45,649 bases of DNA from Candidatus Kuenenbacteria bacterium RIFCSPHIGHO2_02_FULL_39_13 (GCA_001783595.1 MFMW01000016.1:386-46034); one strand, 5' to 3'; shown: positions 9,005 through 18,056, numbered from the stretch's first letter. Program-made: numbers and translations. The notes: generated by a model from the letters alone, not told the origin.

Positions 9005-9472
9005 GTGTTAACCATAGTCATTGATACCAATATATTAATAGACGCCTGGCAGGATGATTTTAGCTATGCTCGTCGGATTATTGATGAGGTGGTGGCCGGT
9101 AATGTCCGGGCAGTGGCATCGCATAAAATTTGGCAAGAGTACCAGTTGATTTTTGATAAATTAATTAATAATTCCCGTCATTATGAAATGGCTCAAAAGT
9201 TTTTTTATGCGGTTGAAGAGGTTCAGCCCAAGACTAGAGTTCGGGTAGTTAAATACGATCAACAGGATAATAAGTTTTTTGACGCGGCCATAGCGGGCAA
9301 GGCAAAGTATATTATTTCCAATGATTGCCATTTATGGGAAATTGGAGAATATCAGGGGATTCAAGTATTAAAGGCAGAAGATTTCTGGGCAGAGTATAAA
9401 TCTATTGATGATAAAAGCGGTCAGGAAGAGTGGAAAAAATGGATGGGGAATATAATTGGCAAGGGCAATTAG
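9005..9472 (+). CDS. PIN-domain protein (toxin-like nuclease, no visible antitoxin)
   Basis: 155 aa with a GTG start. N-terminal IVIDTNILIDA, typical of the first acidic motif of PIN domains, and ISNDCHL near the C-terminus. Confidence 0.65.
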   Translation: MLTIVIDTNILIDAWQDDFSYARRIIDEVVAGNVRAVASHKIWQEYQLIFDKLINNSRHYEMAQKFFYAVEEVQPKTRVRVVKYDQQDNKFFDAAIAGKAKYIISNDCHLWEIGEYQGIQVLKAEDFWAEYKSIDDKSGQEEWKKWMGNIIGKGN

Positions 9473-9510
9473 TAAGTGATGTTACGCAAAGAACAAAAAA
9501 TCATAAAAAT

Positions 9511-9642
9511 GTCATTGCGAGGAATGGAGCGTAGCGGAATGACGTCGCAATCTCGCGCCATAATAATGGAAATATTAATGCTACTCATCTCGGGATTGCG
9601 ACGGAGCTCTCCCGCGATTGCGGGATCGCTCCTCGCAATGAC
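9511..9642. repeat. palindromic intergenic repeat, copy 2
   Basis: Same termini (gtcattgcgag / ctcgcaatgac) and cgcaatctcg / gggattgcg internal arms as copies 1 and 3, with a longer centre. Lies between convergent genes. Confidence 0.85.
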
Positions 9643-9651
9643 ATTATTTAC

Positions 9652-11421
9652 TTATTTTAATTCTCCCAATGCTTGTAATTTGAGCAAATCCGTATAAAGT
9701 CCTTTTTTATTTTCAAGCAGTTCCTGATGACTGCCCGATTCTATAATCCGGCCTTGATCAATGACAAAAATTTTATCCGCGCCAATAACAGTGGATAAGC
9801 GGTGAGCAATGATGACCATAGTCTGGTTTTTAGCAATACGCGCGATTGAAGCTTGGATTAATTTTTCAGAATGGCTGTCAAGATTTGAAGTGGCTTCGTC
9901 AAAGATAAGGATGCTTGGTTTGGCCAGAATGGCGCGGGCAATGCCCACCCGTTGTTTTTGTCCGCCGGAGAGTCTTGTGCCCCGTTCGCCCACGAGTGTG
10001 TTTAAGCCCTTATCAAGAGTATTAATAAAATCAATGTTGGCAATTTGAGCTGCGTTTTTAATTTCATCCAGTGTGGCGTTGGTTTTACCATAGGCAATGT
10101 TTTCTTTCAATGTGGTGTTAAATATCTCAACGTCTTGGGGGACAATAGCTAAGTTTTTTCGGTATTGATAGATGTCATAATCTCTGATGTCTCTGCCATC
10201 AACAAGAATCTGACCGCTTGTTACGTCATAATGGCGGTAGAGCAGTTTTATCACAGTGGTTTTGCCGCCGCCTGACAGGCCGACGAGCGCAATGGTTTCT
10301 CCCGGCTTGATCTCAAAATTAACCTTGCTGATGGCCGGGGTCTTGCTTTTTTTATGGTAAGAAAAGGAAACATTATTGAATTTTATTTGGCCTTGAAGAT
10401 GGTGTTTCAGCCTGATTTGCGGGTTGTTAATAATAGCGCTTTTTTCATCCAGCAGCCTAGTGACCCGTTCAACAGCGGTTGAGCTTTCAATCAGGTGGTC
10501 ATAAGTGCGGGAAATTCTAAAAAGAGAGTGGTAAGCTGTTTCAGACAGGGTAATAAAAAAGACAAAGGAGCCGATGGAAATACTGCCGTGCCAGGCTAAA
10601 AAAGCGCTGTAGAAGATAACGGCGATTCTGCCGAAATCAATAATAAAGCCTCTTAAAACATTATAATTGAGCACCAACCGCCATTCTCGGTTTTCTATTT
10701 TTTTAATGTGGTCGCGGATGTTTTGGAATTTTCTTGTTTCTTTGAGTTCGGCTACAAAAGATTGGACTGTGTAGATATTAATGATTGATTGGCCGAGAAT
10801 GCCGGAGGCGTTTTCGTATTCTTCATGCCGGGTTCTTCTCATCGGATTGACCCGTTTGTTCATGGCAAAGGTGATGAGCAGAAAAATGGGAATAAAAGCG
10901 ATAAAAATTAATGACACTCGCCAGTTAAAATAGAGCATTAGGACAAAAGAAAAAGTAATGCTGGCAACGGTCGGCCAGAATTCCCAAGCGGCATTAGTCA
11001 TCAGTTCGGTTAGTTTGTCTACGCCGCGCTGAACCTTGATGATTTTATTGCCAGTATTTTCCCGTTCATGGTAGCCAAGCGACAGGGAAATCAATTTTTT
11101 TTGCAGAGTGATGGGCAGGTAGTATTCCATATCAATCAGAAAAGCAAAAATGCGGCGGTCTTTATAGTAATGGATCAGGGTTGAAAAACCGTCAGAGATA
11201 AAAATCAGGGCAATTAGTGTCAAGAGCTCCTTAATTTTTTGCTGGTCAAAATTTTCTATGTGTTCAATGACAAGTTTTAAAAAATAAGGGCTGATCAGGC
11301 GGGAGAATTCAAAGAGCGAGACCATAACAAAAAGCCAGATCATCCGACGTTGAAATGGTTTTAAAATTGACCAGAGGTTAAGCCAGAAGTTTTTATTAAT
11401 TTGGTTTTTTTGTTTAGTCAT
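9652..11421 (-). CDS. ABC exporter, fused permease/ATP-binding protein (MsbA-like)
   Basis: 589 aa. N-terminal multi-helix TMD, Walker A GLSGGGKTT, signature LSGGQKQR, Walker B ILIFDEATS. Confidence 0.9.
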   Translation of the reverse strand: MTKQKNQINKNFWLNLWSILKPFQRRMIWLFVMVSLFEFSRLISPYFLKLVIEHIENFDQQKIKELLTLIALIFISDGFSTLIHYYKDRRIFAFLIDMEYYLPITLQKKLISLSLGYHERENTGNKIIKVQRGVDKLTELMTNAAWEFWPTVASITFSFVLMLYFNWRVSLIFIAFIPIFLLITFAMNKRVNPMRRTRHEEYENASGILGQSIINIYTVQSFVAELKETRKFQNIRDHIKKIENREWRLVLNYNVLRGFIIDFGRIAVIFYSAFLAWHGSISIGSFVFFITLSETAYHSLFRISRTYDHLIESSTAVERVTRLLDEKSAIINNPQIRLKHHLQGQIKFNNVSFSYHKKSKTPAISKVNFEIKPGETIALVGLSGGGKTTVIKLLYRHYDVTSGQILVDGRDIRDYDIYQYRKNLAIVPQDVEIFNTTLKENIAYGKTNATLDEIKNAAQIANIDFINTLDKGLNTLVGERGTRLSGGQKQRVGIARAILAKPSILIFDEATSNLDSHSEKLIQASIARIAKNQTMVIIAHRLSTVIGADKIFVIDQGRIIESGSHQELLENKKGLYTDLLKLQALGELK

Positions 11422-12248
11422 AAAAAACTATATAATAGACAGCAGTTTTTTAAAAGCATAGAAACGGTTAGGGGACCGATACCGCCGGGAACTGGAGTAA
11501 CCCAGGCGGCTTTTTTTTTAACGCTTTCAAAATCAACATCGCCAACTGTTTTGCCACTCACTTTATTTATACCCACGTCTATGATAATAGCATTTTTTTT
11601 AACATAGTTTGCCGTGATAAAATTTGGCTGACCAATGGCGACAATCAAAATATCTGTTCTCTTGCATTTTCCAGGCAGGTTTTTTGTTTTGGAATTGTAG
11701 ATATTGATTTGCTTGACTCGTTTTTTAAGATAATAATATGTTGGCAGTCCAACAATTTTGCTTTTGCCGACTATGGCAACTGATTTATTTTTAAGGTTTA
11801 TTCTGGTTGATTTTAGGGCTTCAATAATAGCGCCAGTGGTGGCTGGGAGAATTGAGGGTGTTTGACCGCGTTTCAATTGATTGAGATGTTTGGGATGAAG
11901 GCCGTCAGCATCTTTGTTAGGATCAATAGTTGAAATTATTTTATCCGTGTCAAGATGTCTGGGCAAAGGCAGCTGCACCAAAATAGCGGTTACTTTTGGA
12001 TTATTGTTTAATTCAGTTATTAATCCAATGATTTTTGATTGTTTGGTTTTTCCAGGCAGTAAATATTTTTTAAAGCCGATGTTTATTTCTTTGGCGCGTT
12101 TTTCTTTAATTTTGACATAAAGATTGGAGGCTGGATTTTTGCCGATTAAAATAACGGCTAAAAAAGGTTTTGTTTTTAGTTTTTCAGTTTTTCTCTTGAG
12201 TCCAGCTAAGATTTTATTGGAGATTTTTTGGCCGTTAATGAGTTTCAT
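11418..12248 (-). CDS. folD: bifunctional methylenetetrahydrofolate dehydrogenase/cyclohydrolase
   Basis: 276 aa. YVKIKEKRAKE, ILVQLPLP and VTPVPGGIGPLT motifs. 4-nt overlap with the ABC gene. Confidence 0.9.
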   Translation of the reverse strand: MKLINGQKISNKILAGLKRKTEKLKTKPFLAVILIGKNPASNLYVKIKEKRAKEINIGFKKYLLPGKTKQSKIIGLITELNNNPKVTAILVQLPLPRHLDTDKIISTIDPNKDADGLHPKHLNQLKRGQTPSILPATTGAIIEALKSTRINLKNKSVAIVGKSKIVGLPTYYYLKKRVKQINIYNSKTKNLPGKCKRTDILIVAIGQPNFITANYVKKNAIIIDVGINKVSGKTVGDVDFESVKKKAAWVTPVPGGIGPLTVSMLLKNCCLLYSFL

Positions 12249-12281
12249 ATATTTAAGAATGGCGCTTCGGTATTAATCCAT

Positions 12282-13532
12282 TCATTTGTTTATTCCTGGT
12301 ACTGGAAATTTTTTGCACAAGGAGGTGATTTGAGATTTAATTTTTTTAAGTTGTGATTTATTGCCGCGGTTTTTAATTGTCCAGTTGATCAGCTGGGCAA
12401 TTTTTTTAACTTCAGATATGCCCATACCGCGGCTGGTAAGCGCTGGCGTGCCTAAGCGGATGCCAGAAGGATTCATTGGCGGATTGGGATCATTAGGAAT
12501 AGTTGAGCGGTTGACAGAAATGCCAACTTGCTCAAGAGCTTTTTCTGCCTCTCTGCCAGTCAATCCTTGGTTGGCCAGATTAACGACTATTAAATGGTTG
12601 TCACTGCCGCCTGAAATTATTTGGTAGCCTAATTTTTGCAATTCAGCAGCAAGAGTTTGGCAGTTTTTAATAATTTGAGCAGCATATTTTTTAAATGATG
12701 GTTTTAAGGCTTCGCCAAAAGCCACAGCTTTGGCCGCGGTAATGTGGTCATGCGGGCCGCCTTGCATACCGGGAAAAACTGAACGGTCAATTTGTTTGGC
12801 GTATTTTTCTTTACACATTATAATCGCGCCTCTGGGACCGCGCAGGGTTTTATGGGTAGTGGTGGAAACAACGTCACAAATTGGCACTGGATTTTTTAAC
12901 AGCCCGGCCACAATCAGGCCGGCAGTATGGGCAATATCGGCAAAGAGAAAAGCCCCTACCTGGTCTGCGATTTTACGGAATTTATTCCATTCTATCTCTC
13001 TGGAATAGGCGCTATAGCCGGCAACAATCATTTTTGGTTTTTCTTTTTTAGCCAGTTTTTTGACAGCTTCCATGTTGATTTTACCTGTTTTTTTATCTAC
13101 TTCGTATTGGACAAAATTATACAGCATGCCGGAAAAATTAACAGGATGGCCGTGAGAGAGATGGCCGCCATGGTCAAGTTTTAATCCAAGGACTTTGTCG
13201 CCTGGTTTGAGGAAAGCCATATAGACCGCGGCATTGGCCGGCGAGCCGGACAGAGGCTGGACATTGACATGTTCTGCTTTGAATAGTTTTTTGGCGCGTT
13301 CAATTGCCAGAGTTTCAATATTATCAATAATTTGGTTGCCGCCGTAATAACGTTTGCCAGGATAGCCTTCGGAGTATTTATTAGTCAGCACAGTGGCCAT
13401 GGCTTCCAGCACTGCCGGGGAAACGTAATTTTCTGAAGCAATCATTTCCAGCTCGTCAGATTGGCGAGCCATTTCAGCTTTGATAATATTCCAGACCTTT
13501 GTGTCTGATTTTTTTAGATTTGCGTAGTTCAT
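12282..13532 (-). CDS. glyA: serine hydroxymethyltransferase
   Basis: 416 aa. ELIASENY-type N-terminus (ELEMIASENYVSP), the TTTHKTLRGPRG PLP-lysine motif, GGHLSHG. Confidence 0.95.
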   Translation of the reverse strand: MNYANLKKSDTKVWNIIKAEMARQSDELEMIASENYVSPAVLEAMATVLTNKYSEGYPGKRYYGGNQIIDNIETLAIERAKKLFKAEHVNVQPLSGSPANAAVYMAFLKPGDKVLGLKLDHGGHLSHGHPVNFSGMLYNFVQYEVDKKTGKINMEAVKKLAKKEKPKMIVAGYSAYSREIEWNKFRKIADQVGAFLFADIAHTAGLIVAGLLKNPVPICDVVSTTTHKTLRGPRGAIIMCKEKYAKQIDRSVFPGMQGGPHDHITAAKAVAFGEALKPSFKKYAAQIIKNCQTLAAELQKLGYQIISGGSDNHLIVVNLANQGLTGREAEKALEQVGISVNRSTIPNDPNPPMNPSGIRLGTPALTSRGMGISEVKKIAQLINWTIKNRGNKSQLKKIKSQITSLCKKFPVPGINK

Positions 13533-13545
13533 TATAGATAGAGTA

Positions 13546-14148
13546 TTATTTATCCAACTTCTTGTAGGTCATTTTTTTAAGTCCCTGCCACCAGTCAGTG
13601 AATTTAATTTTTTTCATTTCTTCTAAAAGTAATTTGGCCGACTTGGTTTCCAGTGCCTTGGCAACATTATTAATCCAATCCTCTGCGGCGCTGTATCCCT
13701 GGTCAACATATTCTTTAGCCTGGAAAGCCTGCTCTAGCCAATCAGCATCCTTGGCAATAATGCCTTCTTTGGTATTTCTGTTTTCAAATTCTTGAAAATA
13801 TTTTTTCCATTTGGTTTCAATTTGCAAGCCCAGATTTTTTAATTGATCTTGAAAAGCATTCATTTCCGCTTGCTTGGTAGAATAATAGCGGGCAGCGATT
13901 TTATCTTGGTCGCCAATTCTAATTTCAGCATTATCATGAACTAAAATTATAGCAGCCACCTGTTCTGGGTTGGCATCACCTTCAAGCTCGGCTAGAATAT
14001 AGCCGATTTGCGCCGCTCGCCAGATATGAGAGGCGGTAGAGTGAGTATGTTGGACGCCGCATTTTTTAAAACCATTGTTTTCTTGACGTTTAAGTTGGTT
14101 TAACTCAAAGATAAAATTGGCGATGTTTTTGTAATCATATTTTGGCAT
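13546..14148 (-). CDS. HD-domain phosphohydrolase (YfbR-like)
   Basis: 200 aa with H..HD..D-type motifs (HSTASHIWR, LVHDNAEIRIGD, KDADWLE). Confidence 0.75.
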   Translation of the reverse strand: MPKYDYKNIANFIFELNQLKRQENNGFKKCGVQHTHSTASHIWRAAQIGYILAELEGDANPEQVAAIILVHDNAEIRIGDQDKIAARYYSTKQAEMNAFQDQLKNLGLQIETKWKKYFQEFENRNTKEGIIAKDADWLEQAFQAKEYVDQGYSAAEDWINNVAKALETKSAKLLLEEMKKIKFTDWWQGLKKMTYKKLDK

Positions 14149-14187
14149 AGATTTTAGGTTAGTTATTACATGTTTATATTAGCAGAT

Positions 14188-15804
14188 TTATATTTTTTTC
14201 ACCATATAAGTATTTTCCAGCTGATAGCCGAGTTTGCGGTAGTAGTTGCGGACGCCAATGCCGGAGATAACGGAGAGTTTGTCGTAATGTTGCTTTTGGG
14301 CGATTGCTTCGGCTTGGGCTAATAGTTTTTTACCAAGGCCAATGTGTTGGACATTCCCAATTTGACCAATTGGCGCTAATTGACCATAGGTATGCAATTC
14401 CCTTATAAGTGCTGTATTGTGAGGTTGTATTGTTTCATTATTGCATTGTTTCATTGTTAATTTTGGCAGAAAGAGCCGGCAAAAAGCATAAAGAACTTTT
14501 TTGTCTGGCGACTCAAAACTCAAAAAATATTCAGTTCCGTTAGATACTTTATATTTTCTAGTTGTTAGTCGTAAGTTGTTAGTCGTAAGTTGTTTGTTGT
14601 TAGTTTTTAATTGGCGTCCTACTTCCCGGCATCTGGTGCATTGGCATTTAATCTTTTTTTTCTCCATTTCCGATTTAATAATCTGCCGCATATTAGTAAT
14701 TTTATTGCCAGCAATGATTGATTCTTTGGGAATGTCCCTGATGACGCGGATAATGCGCACCCAGGCAGGAGTAATTGATTTTATTTTTATCAGCAAATTT
14801 ACCAGTTGTTTTGTAGTGTAATTTTTCCATTTGTCTTGTTTATACCATTTGTAGAGCAGCGATTTTTTAGCCACAACGGTGGGATAGATTTTTATTTGGT
14901 CTGGCCGGTAGTTTGGATTTTCAAAAATATCTTTCATCATTTTAAAATCTTTGGCCGGAGTTGATCCTGGCAGGTTGAGCATCATATGATAAGTAATTTT
15001 AAAACCAAATTGGCGCATAAGTTTAGTGGCGTTGATAGTTGCGGCAACATCGTGGCCGCGTTGGTTTAATTTTAATATTTGGTTGTCAAGATGCTGCACG
15101 CCAATTTCAATTCTGGTACAGCCGTATTGGCGCATTTTCCATAATTCTTTTTCATCAATAAAATCCGGACGGGTTTCCAACGTCAGCCCGATAATCCTGT
15201 TTTTGGCTGATTCGTTTCTTTTTTGTTCTTTTACTAACCCCTCCCCCGGCCCCCTCCCCTTAGTAAGGAGAGGGGGAGTTTTATAGTTACAAAAATTATT
15301 AGCTGCCCTAAAACATTCTTTGAGATACCATGTTTGGTAACTCTCTGGCAGGTATGACCAGGTACCGCCCATGACAATTAATTCAAGTTTATCTGTTTCA
15401 TGGCCGTTGTTAGCCAGAGCCCGCAGGCGCAGTTGAACTTGCTTATACGGGTCAAATTTGCATAAAATGGCGCGCATCACTGCCGGTTCATTAGCCAAAT
15501 AGCTTTTGGGCATTTCTTTTTCATTAGGGCAATAAGCGCATTTCCCAGGGCAGGGATAAGGTTTGGTAAGCACGGCAATCGGAGCAATGCCAGAAAGAGT
15601 TCTTACTTTTCGTTTGCGCAGCAGTTGGTGTAATTCCGGATTATTAATTTTTTGTTTGTTATATTCTGCCAGAAGTTCAGCATTTGTCGGCGCGCCAGCA
15701 ATGTTAGAAAGTTTGCAAAATTTTCTTTTGGCAGATAAAATATCCCTTTCCGTCCGGGGATGGTTTTTTTGCAGGTATTTGATGATTTGAGTTGAGATGT
15801 CCAT
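14188..15804 (-). CDS. elp3: Elp3-type radical SAM / GNAT acetyltransferase (tRNA U34 cm5 modification enzyme homologue)
   Basis: 538 aa. Radical-SAM cysteine cluster CPGKCAYCPNE, central Elp3-like region (RIEIGVQHLD), C-terminal GNAT motif QHIGLGKKLLAQAEAIA. Contains two embedded repeat elements. Confidence 0.85.
   Translation of the reverse strand: MDISTQIIKYLQKNHPRTERDILSAKRKFCKLSNIAGAPTNAELLAEYNKQKINNPELHQLLRKRKVRTLSGIAPIAVLTKPYPCPGKCAYCPNEKEMPKSYLANEPAVMRAILCKFDPYKQVQLRLRALANNGHETDKLELIVMGGTWSYLPESYQTWYLKECFRAANNFCNYKTPPLLTKGRGPGEGLVKEQKRNESAKNRIIGLTLETRPDFIDEKELWKMRQYGCTRIEIGVQHLDNQILKLNQRGHDVAATINATKLMRQFGFKITYHMMLNLPGSTPAKDFKMMKDIFENPNYRPDQIKIYPTVVAKKSLLYKWYKQDKWKNYTTKQLVNLLIKIKSITPAWVRIIRVIRDIPKESIIAGNKITNMRQIIKSEMEKKKIKCQCTRCREVGRQLKTNNKQLTTNNLRLTTRKYKVSNGTEYFLSFESPDKKVLYAFCRLFLPKLTMKQCNNETIQPHNTALIRELHTYGQLAPIGQIGNVQHIGLGKKLLAQAEAIAQKQHYDKLSVISGIGVRNYYRKLGYQLENTYMVKKI
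14565..14592 (-). repeat. 14-nt perfect tandem duplication inside elp3 (ttagtcgtaagttg x2)
   Basis: Read directly: 14565..14578 equals 14579..14592. The unit length is not a multiple of 3. Confidence 0.85.
14578..14606 (-). repeat. 29-nt element shared in frame with ychF (encodes TNNKQLTTN)
   Basis: gttagtcgtaagttgtttgttgttagttt versus 8301..8329: 26 of 29 identical. Confidence 0.75.
15250..15276. repeat. G/C-rich mini-hairpin embedded in frame in elp3
   Basis: ccccctcccctta-g-taaggagaggggg, a 13-nt inverted repeat with one mismatch. Encodes ..PPLLTKGRGPGEG.. on the minus strand. Core shared with 7728..7748. Confidence 0.7.
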
Positions 15805-15866
15805 CTGGTTTATTATATATTATATAGGAATTTACTATTTTTTTCAATATGTGGTAACTTGACTTC

Positions 15867-16556
15867 ATGGATCAACAAAAAGCATTACAAATAATACAAA
15901 CAACTAAAAATACCTATAATTTAATAGGCAGTGAATTTTCTGATACCAGAGATAGAGTTTGGCCGGAGATGGAGGGGCTGGTTAAAAAATATGTCAAACA
16001 GGGTGATAAGGTTTTAGATGTGGGGTGTGGCAACGGCAGATTGATTGAGGTTTTGCCAAAAGTAGATTATCTGGGAGTTGATAGTTCAAAATTTTTACTT
16101 GGAAAAATAAAAAACGCGAGAGTAAAAAATTTGGATATTTTAGAGTTGAATAAATTGGGCGAGGATAATTTTGACGTGGTTTTTTGTTTTGCCAGTTTTA
16201 ATCATGTGGCTTCAAAGAAGCTAAGACTAAAAGTATTGGGAGAGATTAAGAAACTATTAAAGCCTGGTGGGCGTTTAATTATGACCAATTGGAATATGTG
16301 GCAATTAGGAGTTAGAAAGAGTATTTGGCAAAGTAAAAAGATTGGATTTAAAGATGTGATGACAATTTGGAAAAGCAGGGATGGTAAAAAAAGCGGGGAG
16401 ATATATTATCGGGCTTTTACCAGAGCCGAGCTTAAAAGATTATTAAAAAAAAGCGGCTTTAAGATTTTAGAGAATTATTATTCCCAAGACGGCAAACAGG
16501 CGCGTTGGTGGAGCGCTAGGAATATTGTGACAGTCGGTCAGCTTAGAGGAGTTTAG
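15867..16556 (+). CDS. class I SAM-dependent methyltransferase, Trm9/ALKBH8-like by motif order (inferred)
   Basis: 229 aa. FSDTRDRVWPEM, then VLDVGCGNGR (motif I), FNHVAS..LKVLGEIKKLLKPGGRLIMTNWNMWQ, then IYYRAFTRAELKRLL. The order and wording resemble Trm9-family enzymes. Divergent from elp3. Confidence 0.7.
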   Translation: MDQQKALQIIQTTKNTYNLIGSEFSDTRDRVWPEMEGLVKKYVKQGDKVLDVGCGNGRLIEVLPKVDYLGVDSSKFLLGKIKNARVKNLDILELNKLGEDNFDVVFCFASFNHVASKKLRLKVLGEIKKLLKPGGRLIMTNWNMWQLGVRKSIWQSKKIGFKDVMTIWKSRDGKKSGEIYYRAFTRAELKRLLKKSGFKILENYYSQDGKQARWWSARNIVTVGQLRGV

Positions 16557-17392
16557 TCAATTGTTGGCAAAGGGCAGAGGGGTTGGGGGTGAATGCTGTG
16601 AGCCAAATTGTTTTGTTTCTGGGTTTGTTGTTGAAATATTGTAGGACGATTATTGTATTTTTCAATTCTGTCCATTATTATTTTGTAATAATTTTTATTT
16701 ATTTCAAATCCGACATACTGCCTGCCATTCGTTAAGCAAGCGATAGCAGTTGTGCCTGTTCCCATAAACGGATCAAAAACCATGCCATTCGGAGGGCAAC
16801 TTGCTTTTACCATACGTTCAATTATTTCCAAAGGTTTTTGTGTTGGGTGATTTTCTCTTTCTGGATCTTGCGCGTGTATCCTTGAATTACTCCATAAATC
16901 TTTTGGATTATAGCCAATTTCTAACCATTTTTTGCCAATAAAAATTGACCTTGTTCTTGCTTTTTTAGTTTCTTCATCGTAAGGAATTCTTATATTATCT
17001 ATGTCAAAATAATAATTATTGCTTTTTACGAAAAAGCCTATATTGTCATGAACAGAAGAAAATTTTCTCGTAGAGCCGCCCATGCTCGGGACTCGCCTAT
17101 CCCAAATAATTTCATTAACCATTTTTAATTTCTTTTTTAAATAAACAAAAATTTCCGGCGAATATTGCCAGCTCAAAAAAATATAAAAGCTGCCTGTTTT
17201 TTTTAATTTTGGTAAGACCGCGTCAATCCACTGGTATGTCCAATTCAGATACTCTTCAGACGATTTTTTATCTGAATCATTGCCGTAATCTTTCCCAAGA
17301 CAATATGGAGGATCAGTCACTATTAAATCAATAGAATCATTTTCTATTTTATCTATTCCTAATAAGATATCCTCATTAAAAATTTTATTCAT
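16553..17392 (-). CDS. type II DNA methyltransferase (beta-class N6-adenine/N4-cytosine, DPPY motif)
   Basis: 279 aa. N-terminal catalytic IVTDPPY and C-terminal SAM-binding DPFMGTGTTAIA, the permuted beta-class order. Confidence 0.85.
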   Translation of the reverse strand: MNKIFNEDILLGIDKIENDSIDLIVTDPPYCLGKDYGNDSDKKSSEEYLNWTYQWIDAVLPKLKKTGSFYIFLSWQYSPEIFVYLKKKLKMVNEIIWDRRVPSMGGSTRKFSSVHDNIGFFVKSNNYYFDIDNIRIPYDEETKKARTRSIFIGKKWLEIGYNPKDLWSNSRIHAQDPERENHPTQKPLEIIERMVKASCPPNGMVFDPFMGTGTTAIACLTNGRQYVGFEINKNYYKIIMDRIEKYNNRPTIFQQQTQKQNNLAHSIHPQPLCPLPTID

Positions 17393-17395
17393 AGT

Positions 17396-17995
17396 TTATT
17401 TTAAAATAATACTTTTTGATTTTTCCTTGAGCATTTTTAAAAATTCTTCCCGCGTTCTATAAATTTTATCATGCCTATAAGTTGCTTGAATTTTGTCATT
17501 TCTTGGATTAACATAGATTGGTAAAAATTGCGGAGAAAAGATTTCCAGATAATCTTTAACAAAACTTATTTTTATATTTTCAAATTTGATGCCAAAACAG
17601 GCATAAATTAAGGTATATTTTTTGTTAACGCTATATTGGAAATAAAGTTTTTCTACCGCGGAAATATCATTTTTGTTTTCCCTGCCTTCTATATTGTGAA
17701 TTTTTACATTAACAAAATAGCTTTTTCCCCTATGGATTATTTCACAGTCATGCAATGGAGTATCGGGAAAATCAAAATTGGCATCATCAAGACCAAGTTT
17801 TTTGGCGTTGTATTTTGTTTGTTGGGTGATGACCTGTTCCACTAACCAACTTATGGATCGGGTATGTGCTTTTAATCCGTAAGGTAAAATTTTACTATCT
17901 GTGATATTAAAACTTGGTAGTATTGCCAAAAGTTTTAAGTAGATATTTTTTACAAATTTCAAATCATTCCCAATGTTTTTTATCTCATTTTTCAT
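17396..17995 (-). CDS. putative type II restriction endonuclease partnered with the methyltransferase
   Basis: 199-aa ORF ending 3 nt upstream of the MTase start on the same strand. Very AT-rich. Possible PD..(D/E)xK-like stretch FPDTPLHD..VNVKI. No family recognised by eye. Confidence 0.5.
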   Translation of the reverse strand: MKNEIKNIGNDLKFVKNIYLKLLAILPSFNITDSKILPYGLKAHTRSISWLVEQVITQQTKYNAKKLGLDDANFDFPDTPLHDCEIIHRGKSYFVNVKIHNIEGRENKNDISAVEKLYFQYSVNKKYTLIYACFGIKFENIKISFVKDYLEIFSPQFLPIYVNPRNDKIQATYRHDKIYRTREEFLKMLKEKSKSIILK

Positions 17996-18056
17996 AGTAA
18001 TGTTAATTATATTAAAGCTACCTTAATTATAGCAAAATAATGATAATGTTTAAAAA

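Noticed and set aside
9476-9697. 73-aa ORF, and likewise 23970..24260 (-) and 24013..24201 (+).
   Set aside because: These are translations of the palindromic intergenic repeats (copies 2 and 3). Equivalent ORFs appear on both strands, which is typical of hairpin repeats rather than genes.
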